From Promethearchaeota archaeon (GTDB lineage Archaea; Asgardarchaeota; Lokiarchaeia; Sigyniarchaeales; SOKP01): a DNA stretch of 37,789 nt. Shown in pieces: positions 8,829 through 18,730 of the stretch; positions within the stretch are counted from its first letter, which is position 1, and each line of letters starts with the position of its first letter. The notes under the pieces were generated by a model, which saw nothing but the letters and a program-made list of their open reading frames with translations, was not told the origin of the DNA and did no database searches. The stretch covers positions 1 to 37,789 of the forward strand of contig RDOA01000036.1 of the NCBI GenBank assembly GCA_011364925.1, given 5' to 3'. A program made the position numbers and the translations under genes.

Positions 8829-9725
8829 TTAAAATTCAATAGCGTCAATTACACCATCAAATACTTTTACGGCAGGACCTTCCATAAAAACGGATTCTCC
8901 TTTATAAGTAATTATTAGATCACCACCGTCATTATGGACTGTTACTGGAGTTTTTTCATTAAACAATCCTATAATCGTACCCGCAACTACGGCTGCGCAG
9001 GTGCCGGTTCCACACGAATTTGTTACTCCAACCCCCCTTTCAAATACTCTTAGCGACGCCTCATTTTTAGACAATACTTTTACGAATTCTACATTAGTCT
9101 TTTTTGGAAAAAGCTTGTTAGACTCGATTGCAGCCCCATATTTGTTTAAATCATCGTCATTAATGATTTCCTTGGTAAAAATAATAGCGTGAGGATTTCC
9201 CATAGAAACGGCAGTAAAATTGAAAATCTTATCAAATGCCACTATAGATTCATTAACACACTGGTTCACTGGATCTTCTAACTCAACGGGAATGCTTTCA
9301 CAATCCAAGATCGGTGTGCCCATATTAATTGTTACGGTTTTAACTTTATCGTTTAAAAGAGTGAGTTTAGCAATTAATATGCCTTTAAGAGTTTCGATTT
9401 CGATCTCATCTTTCTTATATATACCGTTTTCATAAAGATATTTGGCAAAACATCGAATTCCATTACCACACATCTCGCTTTCAGTACCATCGGGATTAAA
9501 CATTCTCATTCTTACTTCTGTTATTTTAGAACGACAAACGAACAAAACCCCATCAGCTCCAATAGAAAAATGAGGTTTACATAGAATTTTAGCCAAATCT
9601 GATTTTTTATCGTCAAGGATTCCATATTTAAGATTGTTAATTATTATATAATCATTACCCAGACCATGATACTTACCAAACTCTAAATTTTGTATTGTAA
9701 TTTTTTCCATCTTCAACAAACTCAC
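8829..9725 (-). CDS. dapF: Diaminopimelate epimerase
   Basis: KYHGLGNDY, GADG, EMCGNGIRC, SMGNPH, NVEF, ERGVGVTNSCGTG. Confidence 0.96.
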   Translation of the reverse strand: MSLLKMEKITIQNLEFGKYHGLGNDYIIINNLKYGILDDKKSDLAKILCKPHFSIGADGVLFVCRSKITEVRMRMFNPDGTESEMCGNGIRCFAKYLYENGIYKKDEIEIETLKGILIAKLTLLNDKVKTVTINMGTPILDCESIPVELEDPVNQCVNESIVAFDKIFNFTAVSMGNPHAIIFTKEIINDDDLNKYGAAIESNKLFPKKTNVEFVKVLSKNEASLRVFERGVGVTNSCGTGTCAAVVAGTIIGLFNEKTPVTVHNDGGDLIITYKGESVFMEGPAVKVFDGVIDAIEF

Positions 9726-9810
9726 ATAATATTATAATTTTTAAATTTCAACAAACCTTAATTTTGTTTTAACGTTATATCAAACTTAAAATTAATACCT
9801 AATCAGAATT

Positions 9811-10326
9811 ATGAAACGAACCTACCTTGCGATTACACTTCTTACTTTAATGGCTTTAATTCCAACTGCAAGTGTTTTTGGATTTGAGCACATTGATAAT
9901 ATAAATGATGGCATCTCCGTTTATTTCTTAGTTCAACTTGATGTTGGTGAAAACATAGAAATCAATGTAACTCACGATGGTCACGGTAATTTTACCCTCT
10001 TTCTTTATGACACTCGTCCTACTGAATCCTTTATTAATATCGATAAAAGTCTCAATCCCGCTATCTTCGATGTAGCAATAGTTTATAGTATTGATGACGA
10101 TCCATACATCAACTACACCGTATCTGAATCTAAAATCTATTACATCGAACTAATTCTGATTGAAAACGGACCTGATACTTTCTTCTTCTATTGTAATAAA
10201 GATGATTTAACTCGGTATTATCTTCCTATCATTCCAGGGTACCAAATAAATATGTTAATCTTAACAGTTATTCTAACCTCCAGTTTGATTTTTATATTCA
10301 CGAAAAAATTCAAAAAGATGCAGTAA
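9811..10326 (+). CDS. Secreted/surface protein with Loki-CTERM/PGF-CTERM-like anchor
   Basis: N-terminal signal peptide, a beta-rich domain, and C-terminal IPGY followed by a hydrophobic helix and TKKFKK. Confidence 0.7.
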   Translation: MKRTYLAITLLTLMALIPTASVFGFEHIDNINDGISVYFLVQLDVGENIEINVTHDGHGNFTLFLYDTRPTESFINIDKSLNPAIFDVAIVYSIDDDPYINYTVSESKIYYIELILIENGPDTFFFYCNKDDLTRYYLPIIPGYQINMLILTVILTSSLIFIFTKKFKKMQ

Positions 10327-10592
10327 TAATATCAAAATCCTTTTTTATCGTTCTTCTTCATATTTGACGAAATCCGAAGTTAAATATATTTAAGTTATGA
10401 TCGAATTCGTAAACATTATGTTAATCCTCTTTTCTTAACCGACTAAAATTACTCTTTTAGACGATCCTTGATCAATTTCCATCACATAATTTTAAATTCA
10501 ATTCACCAATAGCCTACCTATAGAATTAGTATTATAAAACAAAGTGATACGAAATTTCGTTCGATGAGATTAGTAAGAAATTAGCCCAACTA

Positions 10593-11744
10593 ATGAAAGA
10601 AACAGAGGAAATTGAACTGAAGGATGTTGATTTATTCGCAGAATATCTAGAGTTCCAAATGTTACCTAGCATTATTCAATCTGCAGCTCAAGCCGTTCTA
10701 CCTGGAATTGGAAAGGCAGAATGGACTTCCACCAAGTTTTCTATAGATCTAGAATTTCCCGGGCAGATCGAAACGGTTGAATTTGTCAGATCAAATGGAA
10801 AAAAGGCTATAATTGGCGGAGAAAAAGTTCCTCCATTTTACAACTTTCTAGGGCTGGATAAAAGAAATCCTCACCCGCCTTTAGTTACTTACGATGTTTT
10901 TGACATGGGCTCTAAGATGATGTTGCCTAAACCAATCAAGCAAGAATATGGAGAAGTTCTAGGAGATCCAGCAGAATGGGCAAAATTTGCTGTTAATAAA
11001 TTTGGTGCGCAGAGTATAACTTTCCACTCTTTAGAAATCGATCCAGCGATGGGTGATGCGCCAGTTTCACAATCTGTAAAATATCTAGAGGATATATTGC
11101 AAGCCGTAGATGTTCCCGTTATTATTGGTTGTTCCGGAAATAAAGAAAAGGATGTCGAATTATTTAAAGCTACCGCAGCAGCGACCGAAAGTGAAGTTTT
11201 AATGTTGTCAGCAGCTGATAAAGCGACGTGGGAAGAAGTCATCCCATTAGCTGTTAAATACGATCATAACTGCTTACTTTGGACAAGCTTGGATTTAAAT
11301 AATCAGATAAAAATGAATAAAGACGCGATAGAATTAGGGTTACCACGAAATAGAATTGTTATGGATCCAACATGTGCTACTTTAGGCTATGGTATGGAGT
11401 ATTCCTTTAGCATTTATCAAAGAATGCGTATAGCAGGACTTCTAGGAGAACAAGATTTAGCCTACCCGATCAGCGGTGGAACTACGAACGCATGGGGCGC
11501 ACGCGAAGCATGGATGAGTGAGAAGCAAGCTCCAGAATGGGGTTTAAGAGAATATAGAGGTCCTATTTGGGAAATCATAAATGCGTTAACTTTAAGCTTA
11601 GTAGGTTTAGATCTTGCTATGATGTTTTCTGGAAGAGCAGCTAAGCATGTAAGAGAAATAACGCAACAATTTTTTGGAGAAATTCCCAAACACTTAGAAG
11701 CAAAGGGTTATTACGATTGGGTTTCAGCAAGGATAAAAAGGTAA
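10593..11744 (+). CDS. cdhD: Acetyl-CoA decarbonylase/synthase complex delta subunit (corrinoid Fe-S protein small subunit)
   Basis: IGGEKVPPFY, DVFD, DPAEWAK, AVDVP.IIG.SGN.EKD, IVMDPT.ATLGYG.EY, TNAWGAREAW, RGPIWE. The frame is open upstream to a possible ATT start at 10554. Confidence 0.94.
   Translation: MKETEEIELKDVDLFAEYLEFQMLPSIIQSAAQAVLPGIGKAEWTSTKFSIDLEFPGQIETVEFVRSNGKKAIIGGEKVPPFYNFLGLDKRNPHPPLVTYDVFDMGSKMMLPKPIKQEYGEVLGDPAEWAKFAVNKFGAQSITFHSLEIDPAMGDAPVSQSVKYLEDILQAVDVPVIIGCSGNKEKDVELFKATAAATESEVLMLSAADKATWEEVIPLAVKYDHNCLLWTSLDLNNQIKMNKDAIELGLPRNRIVMDPTCATLGYGMEYSFSIYQRMRIAGLLGEQDLAYPISGGTTNAWGAREAWMSEKQAPEWGLREYRGPIWEIINALTLSLVGLDLAMMFSGRAAKHVREITQQFFGEIPKHLEAKGYYDWVSARIKR
11712..11731 (+). 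repeat. 20-bp perfect direct repeat, copy 1 (TACGATTGGGTTTCAGCAAG)
   Basis: Identical to 22000-22019. Confidence 0.95.
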
Positions 11745-11895
11745 AACAAACAGTTTTTTTTAATTTATTTTAATATTTTATAATATCTTCAAAAATTGAT
11801 CTTTATTATAAAATTTTCAAACTGTTAGATTTTAAATGGATAGTTTACCTTACCTTAATTAATTAAAAGCAAAAAATAGAAGCGATAACCGAAAA

Positions 11896-12843
11896 ATGAA
11901 CGAGTTCAAGATAAACAATTTATTAACTGTGAAGTTTAGATATCCATTAACAGAAATCTATGTCAACGGAAAGTATTTTATGCAGTGTAAAAAATTGGTC
12001 TTAAATTTATCAAGAAATCAATTAAAACAATACGATAGTATTGATTCTATCGACGGAGCTGCTGAAATTTACGATCATTACGTACGTGACCAAGAAATAC
12101 TTAAAGGAGATGGACCACCTGAAGTAGAAATCGACGAAGATTCTTCTTTAATTGACCCGAGAGAAGAATTTTGGGGTCATTGTAGCAATCTACAAGCGTG
12201 GGCTGAACACGACTACGATACAAGATTGCTGAAGGCAGATTTAGCATTTCCATTACTAGAAAAGCTTTCTAAAGTCGGAGACAAACGCGCTCAAGTCAGA
12301 TACAAAGAAGAGATCTTGAAGCGTCTTTCAGGTGGCACTAAGACTGTTGTAGAATTTCTTTTTGTTGAGGGTTATCAAGACGATTTAACTAACGAAGAAC
12401 TGTTATATGGATTACTTGAGCCGAGAGAAGCAGAAATTCTGATGGAAATACAACGAGAACTAAGTGTGATATATATGTTTGTTCCAAGTATCGATCGGAA
12501 CGTAGGACTTCAACATCCCGAAGATCCTTCTATGACTTATGAACAGAAAAGGAGCATCAGAGGGTTCTCGATAGAGGACAAGTGCGTGAAAGGGCTACAA
12601 CTCACGTTCGCTGAATTTCTTCATGTACCAACAGAAATACAAAATTTAAAAAAATTAAAACAAATGAGATTGAAAGGAAATTATTCAGAATTGAACTCAG
12701 ATGAAATCGTAAAAGGTATTCAGAAATTAAATGGACTTGAAGAACTCTTCTTAAGATCTAGCTTGGTACAAAACCTCGAGAAAACGAGTTTAAAAAAAAT
12801 AAAAAAAATAGGAAGAAAAATCTATCCTATAGTTGGAATTTAA
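11896..12843 (+). CDS. Lokiarchaeal-type LRR-associated protein
   Basis: N-terminal domain EFKIN..L......TEIYVNG..F.QC...EEFWGHCSNLQAW.E..YDTRLL...LAFPLL.KL...GD, recalled as an expanded Loki family. The C-terminus has degenerate LRRs (VPTEIQNLKKLKQMRL, IQKLNGLEELFL). Confidence 0.65.
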   Translation: MNEFKINNLLTVKFRYPLTEIYVNGKYFMQCKKLVLNLSRNQLKQYDSIDSIDGAAEIYDHYVRDQEILKGDGPPEVEIDEDSSLIDPREEFWGHCSNLQAWAEHDYDTRLLKADLAFPLLEKLSKVGDKRAQVRYKEEILKRLSGGTKTVVEFLFVEGYQDDLTNEELLYGLLEPREAEILMEIQRELSVIYMFVPSIDRNVGLQHPEDPSMTYEQKRSIRGFSIEDKCVKGLQLTFAEFLHVPTEIQNLKKLKQMRLKGNYSELNSDEIVKGIQKLNGLEELFLRSSLVQNLEKTSLKKIKKIGRKIYPIVGI

Positions 12844-15302
12844 GGATTTATGTTGTAAAACAAATATTTTTTCATTATCAAACGATAGCCCGGAAACAAA
12901 ATCTCCATGCGTTCCATATACTCCTTAATGAATCTGTTAATTTGTGTGATATCACGCTTCGGATTATCGATATAATGGAAGTAGGAATTAATATCGCTAT
13001 TTTGCGCCCTAGTATCAGAGCTCCAAGCCTTAGGATAAATCCAAAGCTTTTGCCATGTTTCACTATCCCCCCTAAAAATGGTAGAATATTTACTAATTAT
13101 CATACTTTGTGAATATATCTCATTTGGTTCAAGGAATCCCTCTCGGTTAAAAGCAAAGATCATCTCACCATCGTTCCATGTTCCTGTAAGCTTCTTTACT
13201 ACAAATGTAAATTTACCAGTATAAAGAAGATTAATGACATGTTGTAGTTTGAATAAGTCATTATCGTTATTTAAATCTATATCTAGATATGTTTCTCCGT
13301 CTGGAAGTAGTTGAAAACTATAGTCCTCAGCATTTCTAAATAGCTCACCACCAGTATTAATATCCCCTCCATCAAAAAGAGGAAAAATTCTAATTTTCTT
13401 ACCGTCTCCTAATACATCAATAAGTCCCGTTAAATATTTACGAATATTATGGCTGTTTTGAAGTAATAGCTTAGCTCTATAAGTACTATATTCATCAGAT
13501 TCAAGCAAAGCACGCTTGCCCCAAGCTACAATCCCATAGTCAACTAGTTCAGACTGTTTAATTTCCAACTTAAATGGTTGTCTAGATTTTGGCATTAGAT
13601 AATTAAATTCCAGAATAAAACTATTTTGTTTTGACTCTGCTTTATCATTGTCCATAAATGATTCTATTTGAAGTCTCAAATATCCAGCGGTCTTAGAGCC
13701 TGCTCTCTCAGATATCAAACCTAGTCGAGCGTGTTCAATTAATTGATTAGCTAACCATTTATTTTTAGTTTTATCCATATAATAATGACCATCGATAATC
13801 TGTGTTTTAATCTTTTTTGCAATAAAATCTAAAGTTCCTGATTGGTCGTTCAAGAAGTTTCTACCCAGAATACTTACATCTGTAGGATTGAGATTATCGA
13901 AGCGGTAGCGTTCATAAGTAGATTCCAAATAAATGCCTATTTCTCTTGATAGACTGCGAATATTCTCTCCACTGAACCCACCAGAGGCTGTTAGAGAGAC
14001 AAGAGGTCCCAATGGAAGACTTAACATGTTGTCGTCAGTTTTAACATTTGCCATATTCTCAATTTCTAGATATAAATGAGATTCTAAGTGAAAAAAGCCA
14101 AATAGAAAAGTAATGGTGCTTATCATATCATTCTTACTAGTATAAGATACTAGCCTTTGAACAGGTCGATCGTATTGGAACGTTGACGGAATTAAACCAA
14201 TCTTAAATAAGAAATCCCTCATGTATTGACGCTCTTCAAGAGGTAAATCTTTAGCTTTACCTCTAGGTTCCAATGAAGGCCTATTCAGAATCTTGATACC
14301 AAAAGAACCAGCATTTCCATAGTAATCAATCATATTGGTGAACATTAACCGAATTGTGAAATGACCGAAGATAACTTTAGCCGACTCGAATATTTCGACA
14401 CCCATCCTAGCTTCTTCGACAGTACATTCTTTCCTGTTCCTTGTAATAGAGGCATCATCAAGTTTGTGGTATTTAGGTTTTCCTAGATTTAATAATTTAT
14501 CTCTCTCTCTGGCGTAAATAGAACCGTCGTTATGGGGATAGCCTGTTATTTTGTCATAAATTAGTTTTAACCATTCTTTGTTTGTTTGCTCGTAATTAAA
14601 CACTAATATTCCAGTTTTTGGATCAACCTTTTTCCAAATCAATGATTGGAGTTCTGCTTCTGTAAATCCTAGTTTCTTAAGAGCCGTGTTAACTTCAGCT
14701 AATCCCGGTCCCAGACTGAATTCCTCGAAATTAGTACCGTGAGGAATACCGTTTAAATAAGATAAAAACTTCATAGCGAGAGTCTGAGTTCGTTGAGTAT
14801 AGAATTGGGTGTAAGGATCGAATAATTCGTAAAATATCCTCATAAAAACCTCTTTGGTAAATTCTTCTCCATAAACAATAGAAGAATCTCTTTTTGCGAA
14901 GGGATCACATATAATTTTACCTGTTTCTTCAGTTGAACTTCGTTTAATTCCGAGATTAAGATGAGACTGGAAGTGTGGTTCAAGTCTTGTCAATTTATAA
15001 TGCAAATTATCGCTTCTTGTAGACGGATCAGTTAAATGAACGAGAGTTCCTAGGCTTAAATGTTCATCACTCTCAGTAAAAGAAAAGACAGTGTAGATAT
15101 CTACATATTCGTTGTTTAAGTAATTCTCGTAATCTCCCCAATACTCGTCGTTTAACCAAAACTCTAATCCCCCAAATTCAATTAAATCAGGATCGAAAAA
15201 TTTGCTTAACAAACAGTTTCCATCTATATATGTAAGCAATGCGTTTCTAATAACTTTCCCCTTTACTAGGATACCGTCAACATACCCTTCAGGCGTTTTC
15301 AC
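12840..15302 (-). CDS. Large hypothetical protein (820 aa), possibly the C-terminal part of a split giant protein
   Basis: Long open frame with a GTG start overlapping the stop of the upstream ORF (GTGA); no recognised motif. Confidence 0.7.
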   Translation of the reverse strand: MKTPEGYVDGILVKGKVIRNALLTYIDGNCLLSKFFDPDLIEFGGLEFWLNDEYWGDYENYLNNEYVDIYTVFSFTESDEHLSLGTLVHLTDPSTRSDNLHYKLTRLEPHFQSHLNLGIKRSSTEETGKIICDPFAKRDSSIVYGEEFTKEVFMRIFYELFDPYTQFYTQRTQTLAMKFLSYLNGIPHGTNFEEFSLGPGLAEVNTALKKLGFTEAELQSLIWKKVDPKTGILVFNYEQTNKEWLKLIYDKITGYPHNDGSIYARERDKLLNLGKPKYHKLDDASITRNRKECTVEEARMGVEIFESAKVIFGHFTIRLMFTNMIDYYGNAGSFGIKILNRPSLEPRGKAKDLPLEERQYMRDFLFKIGLIPSTFQYDRPVQRLVSYTSKNDMISTITFLFGFFHLESHLYLEIENMANVKTDDNMLSLPLGPLVSLTASGGFSGENIRSLSREIGIYLESTYERYRFDNLNPTDVSILGRNFLNDQSGTLDFIAKKIKTQIIDGHYYMDKTKNKWLANQLIEHARLGLISERAGSKTAGYLRLQIESFMDNDKAESKQNSFILEFNYLMPKSRQPFKLEIKQSELVDYGIVAWGKRALLESDEYSTYRAKLLLQNSHNIRKYLTGLIDVLGDGKKIRIFPLFDGGDINTGGELFRNAEDYSFQLLPDGETYLDIDLNNDNDLFKLQHVINLLYTGKFTFVVKKLTGTWNDGEMIFAFNREGFLEPNEIYSQSMIISKYSTIFRGDSETWQKLWIYPKAWSSDTRAQNSDINSYFHYIDNPKRDITQINRFIKEYMERMEILFPGYRLIMKKYLFYNINP

Positions 15303-15940
15303 CTTTTTGTCGCTCCTTCAGAAAGAAAACTAATCGCATATAAAGGATCAAGTTCTGGATACGAAGAAGGATCGTATATATTATTTATTATTGTTCCATC
15401 AACTTCTAAATACAACCAATTATATGAGAAATTTGGTTGGACTAAGATCGAGATACTTCCTCCTGCGTCAAAATTAATATCGGTTGTAGAATCGAGATTC
15501 ACAGCAATAGTATCAGATTCGATATATAAAGGTTGAACAGAAATCCAATCAAAAATTCCGTTCTCTACATCGGATTGACTCACATCTATCGAATAGGACT
15601 GATTAACTGTTCCGAAATCAACAGGAAAGATATTCATACCATAACTTACATCGTATTGCGATCCATTAAACCAGAACTTTGTATAATCAATATTTTGGAT
15701 TTTACAGATAATATAAGACTCGTTATATGCGTTAAAAGTATTGTTTGTTTTCACCGTTCCTTCGTATAAAAAATCAGACAACTGAGGATTATACCACTTA
15801 CATGGTTTTTCGTTAAATTCTCCAACAGGAAGGTTAATAAGAGGTATAAATCCCGAAAAAAGCATAGCAAATACAATTGTAATTGCTACAAATGACTTGC
15901 TATACTTGTTTTTTATAATTCTATTTTTAGTAGTCGTCAT
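15299..15940 (-). CDS. Secreted/membrane-anchored beta-rich protein (possible N-terminal part of a larger surface protein)
   Basis: Basic N-terminus plus hydrophobic stretch (FVAITIVFAMLFSGFIPLI); N-x-S/T sequons NNT, NES, NGS, NQS, NFS; abrupt end. Confidence 0.65.
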   Translation of the reverse strand: MTTTKNRIIKNKYSKSFVAITIVFAMLFSGFIPLINLPVGEFNEKPCKWYNPQLSDFLYEGTVKTNNTFNAYNESYIICKIQNIDYTKFWFNGSQYDVSYGMNIFPVDFGTVNQSYSIDVSQSDVENGIFDWISVQPLYIESDTIAVNLDSTTDINFDAGGSISILVQPNFSYNWLYLEVDGTIINNIYDPSSYPELDPLYAISFLSEGATKR

Positions 15941-16001
15941 AAAGACAATATTTAAATATTCCCATAAAAAGATCGTCCTTAATCATTTAATATAAAAAAA
16001 T

Positions 16002-16028
16002 GTCAATACGGTCAATACAGTCAATATA
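16002..16028 (+). promoter_or_regulatory. Three tandem 9-bp repeats GTCAATACG/GTCAATACA/GTCAATATA, putative RHH operator
   Basis: Read directly in the sequence, ~60 bp upstream of ORF 15940. A similar triplet lies at 19076-19102. Confidence 0.55.
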
Positions 16029-16060
16029 AAATATTGAAAAGTAATTTGGATTAATCTTGT

Positions 16061-16603
16061 TCAAGATCTTTGAACAACGAAAATTGTAATTAAAACAATA
16101 AATGCGATTGTCCAACAAATAACATAGTATTTATAATATTTTGTCATCTCAAACTTTAAACGAATTAATCTTCTTATTCTATATTTCTTAATGAAATATT
16201 CCACATTTTCTGTTCCTAAAACCTTTCTCATGTTCTCAACGATTCTTCTTTTGTTATCCAAGTCCCATCTATCAGGGCAATAAGGAGTTATTTTCAAGAA
16301 TTCCTTATAAATCAATTTGTATATCGCATCAATTTTCTTTTTGAGATCTTCTTTATTAAACGGGTAATTAGGATCAAATATTAGCCTATAATACTCTCGA
16401 ATCGCATATGTAAATCCAACAATAGCTTTTTCGTTTCTCTCTCGCTTTTTTGTTCTAAAAATTGCAGTTATCTTTACTTGTTCAATTTTCTCTAACAATT
16501 GTTTGTAAGCTTCAAGAGAATTTTCCCCTTTTTCTACTCTTTCGATTAATTTTTTAATCCTATTTTTATATTCATCATTTTCTTTATTTTCCAAGTTTTT
16601 CAC
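16061..16603 (-). CDS. Hypothetical tail-anchored membrane protein
   Basis: Lys/Glu-rich helical body with a single C-terminal TM (YYVICWTIAFIVLITIFVV). GAGGTGA precedes an in-frame TTG a few codons in, which is the likely start. Confidence 0.6.
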   Translation of the reverse strand: MKNLENKENDEYKNRIKKLIERVEKGENSLEAYKQLLEKIEQVKITAIFRTKKRERNEKAIVGFTYAIREYYRLIFDPNYPFNKEDLKKKIDAIYKLIYKEFLKITPYCPDRWDLDNKRRIVENMRKVLGTENVEYFIKKYRIRRLIRLKFEMTKYYKYYVICWTIAFIVLITIFVVQRS

Positions 16604-16664
16604 CTCATTCTACTTTCTTTTTGAATTTCAGATTAAAAAATTGAATATACAGACTTGGTTTTAT

Positions 16665-16877
16665 CTATTCCTCATAGATAAATACAAACATAAAATCAAT
16701 TTCCTCTCGGAATTGGTCTTTATCATATGGAGATTTAGGATCACTTCTTAAAAAATTTTTTTCGATACTCTCTGATGTAATTTCTCGTATAAATATCACG
16801 AACTCATGATCTTTATAAACCTTACTAAGAGTTTGAACTATTTGACTTGTAAAAGTTCTAACATTTTTATTTATCAT
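16665..16877 (-). CDS. Small hypothetical protein or gene fragment (70 aa)
   Basis: ATG-start ORF co-oriented with its neighbours; no motif. Confidence 0.35.
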   Translation of the reverse strand: MINKNVRTFTSQIVQTLSKVYKDHEFVIFIREITSESIEKNFLRSDPKSPYDKDQFREEIDFMFVFIYEE

Positions 16878-17187
16878 TATCTAAAATATAATTGATTAAT
16901 ATCTATAGTTGGATTATATTAATATTTTATAAGAAAATATATAAGGTTATACATAAAATCACCCGAAAGCTAACTTATATGGTTAGGCATGAAGCATCTG
17001 TAAAAAAAGGATCCAAAAATTTGAGGATTTTTTTGTAAAAAGCGCATAGAGGAAGTGAAAATTGAAATAGCCAAGAAGTTTTTATTTTCACATTTCTTTT
17101 TTTATTTAATACAATTCTTATTTAAAAAGAAATATTAGTTCTAATTTATTTCAACCAATAAAACATGTATGAAAATATCGAAGAATT

Positions 17188-18549
17188 ATGGCGTTTAAGA
17201 AACTAGGGAAAGATTTAGAATCAATAATGCGGAAGTTACGAGGTTTATCTAAAATTGACAAGGAGGCAATTAACGTAATTATTCATGATTTGCAAAGAGC
17301 TTTATTAAGTGCTGATGTAAAAGTTGAGTTAGTTTTCCAGATGACAGAAAATATCAAAAAAGAAGCTATGAATAATGAATTAAAAAGAGCGAGAAGAAAG
17401 GATTTTGTAATTAAACTTGTTCATGATGAGTTAGTAAAAATAATAGGTGGAAAACCGACTCCAATTCGAATCAAATCTGGTAAGAGTAATATACTATTAC
17501 TTGTTGGAATCCAAGGTTCAGGGAAAACTACGACAATAGGGAAGTTACTGAGGTTCTACAAGAGCAAAGGATATAAGGTGGCCGCAGTTACGGCAGATAC
17601 ATGGCGACCAGGAGCATACGAGCAACTTGAGCAGCTTACGAGCCAAATTGGTGTAAAATGTTATGGAAATCCTAATGAAAAAAATACAATTAAACTTGTG
17701 GTTAGACAAACTAAAAAAGCCATAAATGACAAAAACGATATTATTATAGTCGATACAGCGGGGCGCCATAAGGAAGAAAAGGAACTAATGAAAGAAATGG
17801 AAAAAATTGAGGCTAATTTAAAACCTGACGAAGTGATCTTAGTAATTGACGGCAGTTTGGGGCAACAAGCTTATTCACAAGCAGAAGAGTTTGCTAAAGC
17901 TACTAATATTGGGAGTATTATTGTAACCAAATTAGATGGAACGGCTAAAGGAGGAGGAGCGCTTTCTGCTTGCGCTGCAACTAATCAATCTATAAGATTT
18001 ATAGGAGTTGGCGAAAAATTAGAGGATTTTGAAGAATTTAATCCAACAAGATTTATAGGCACTCTTCTAGGTATTCCTGATATAGGAAGTTTGGTGAATA
18101 GAGTACAAGAAGCTGAAATTAATATAGATCCAGATTCAGTTAAACGCATGATGAAAGGTAAATTTACACTGGACGATCTTTTAACTCAACTGAAAAATAT
18201 CAAGAGAGTTGGAAAAATAAAACAAATCTTCGCAATTATGGGAGGCGGCAATATACCTGAGGTTATAACTAATGATGCTGAAAAAAGCTTAGAGAAATGG
18301 GAAGTTATTTTAAATTCTTTGACTCAAGAAGAAAAGGACGACCCTAAAATTATAAAAAAAACTAGGAAAAGAAGAATTGGTATAGGAAGTGGGACAGACT
18401 ACGCTACAATAAATAGAATGCTCGACCAGTATAACCAAATGAAGAAATATATGAAAAAGGCTTTACAAATGCAACGGATGGGGAGAGGGGGTGGAACAAG
18501 TTTGCCACCAGGTTTTGATAATATATTTAGGGGATTCGATGGATTCTAA
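17188..18549 (+). CDS. srp54: Signal recognition particle protein SRP54 (NG + M domains)
   Basis: [57 protein letters not shown]; M domain KFTLDD...[10 protein letters not shown]. Confidence 0.95.
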   Translation: MAFKKLGKDLESIMRKLRGLSKIDKEAINVIIHDLQRALLSADVKVELVFQMTENIKKEAMNNELKRARRKDFVIKLVHDELVKIIGGKPTPIRIKSGKSNILLLVGIQGSGKTTTIGKLLRFYKSKGYKVAAVTADTWRPGAYEQLEQLTSQIGVKCYGNPNEKNTIKLVVRQTKKAINDKNDIIIVDTAGRHKEEKELMKEMEKIEANLKPDEVILVIDGSLGQQAYSQAEEFAKATNIGSIIVTKLDGTAKGGGALSACAATNQSIRFIGVGEKLEDFEEFNPTRFIGTLLGIPDIGSLVNRVQEAEINIDPDSVKRMMKGKFTLDDLLTQLKNIKRVGKIKQIFAIMGGGNIPEVITNDAEKSLEKWEVILNSLTQEEKDDPKIIKKTRKRRIGIGSGTDYATINRMLDQYNQMKKYMKKALQMQRMGRGGGTSLPPGFDNIFRGFDGF

Positions 18550-18730
18550 ACTGATTATTTAGTTTTGATTAGTTTGGTAAATTTCTTATTATTATATTGA
18601 AAATATTTCTGAATATTCCAAGAAGGTTATAGATAATGGACAAGAGCATCTAGATGTGTATAACATGTGCTCAATCATAAGAGAATCTTTCTGTTGTTCT
18701 TCTTCAACTAAAAAAGACATTAATTAGTTA

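Noticed and set aside
10549-10560. Perfect palindrome ACGAAATTTCGT upstream of cdhD as an operator
   Set aside because: It is a single 12-bp AT-rich palindrome that overlaps the probable ATT start and coding extension, with no second clear copy.
16002-16028. CRISPR array or DGR repeat
   Set aside because: The 9-bp units have no spacers, and no cas or reverse transcriptase gene is present. The cdhD duplicate differs at all base types, not only adenines, so it is not a DGR TR/VR pair.
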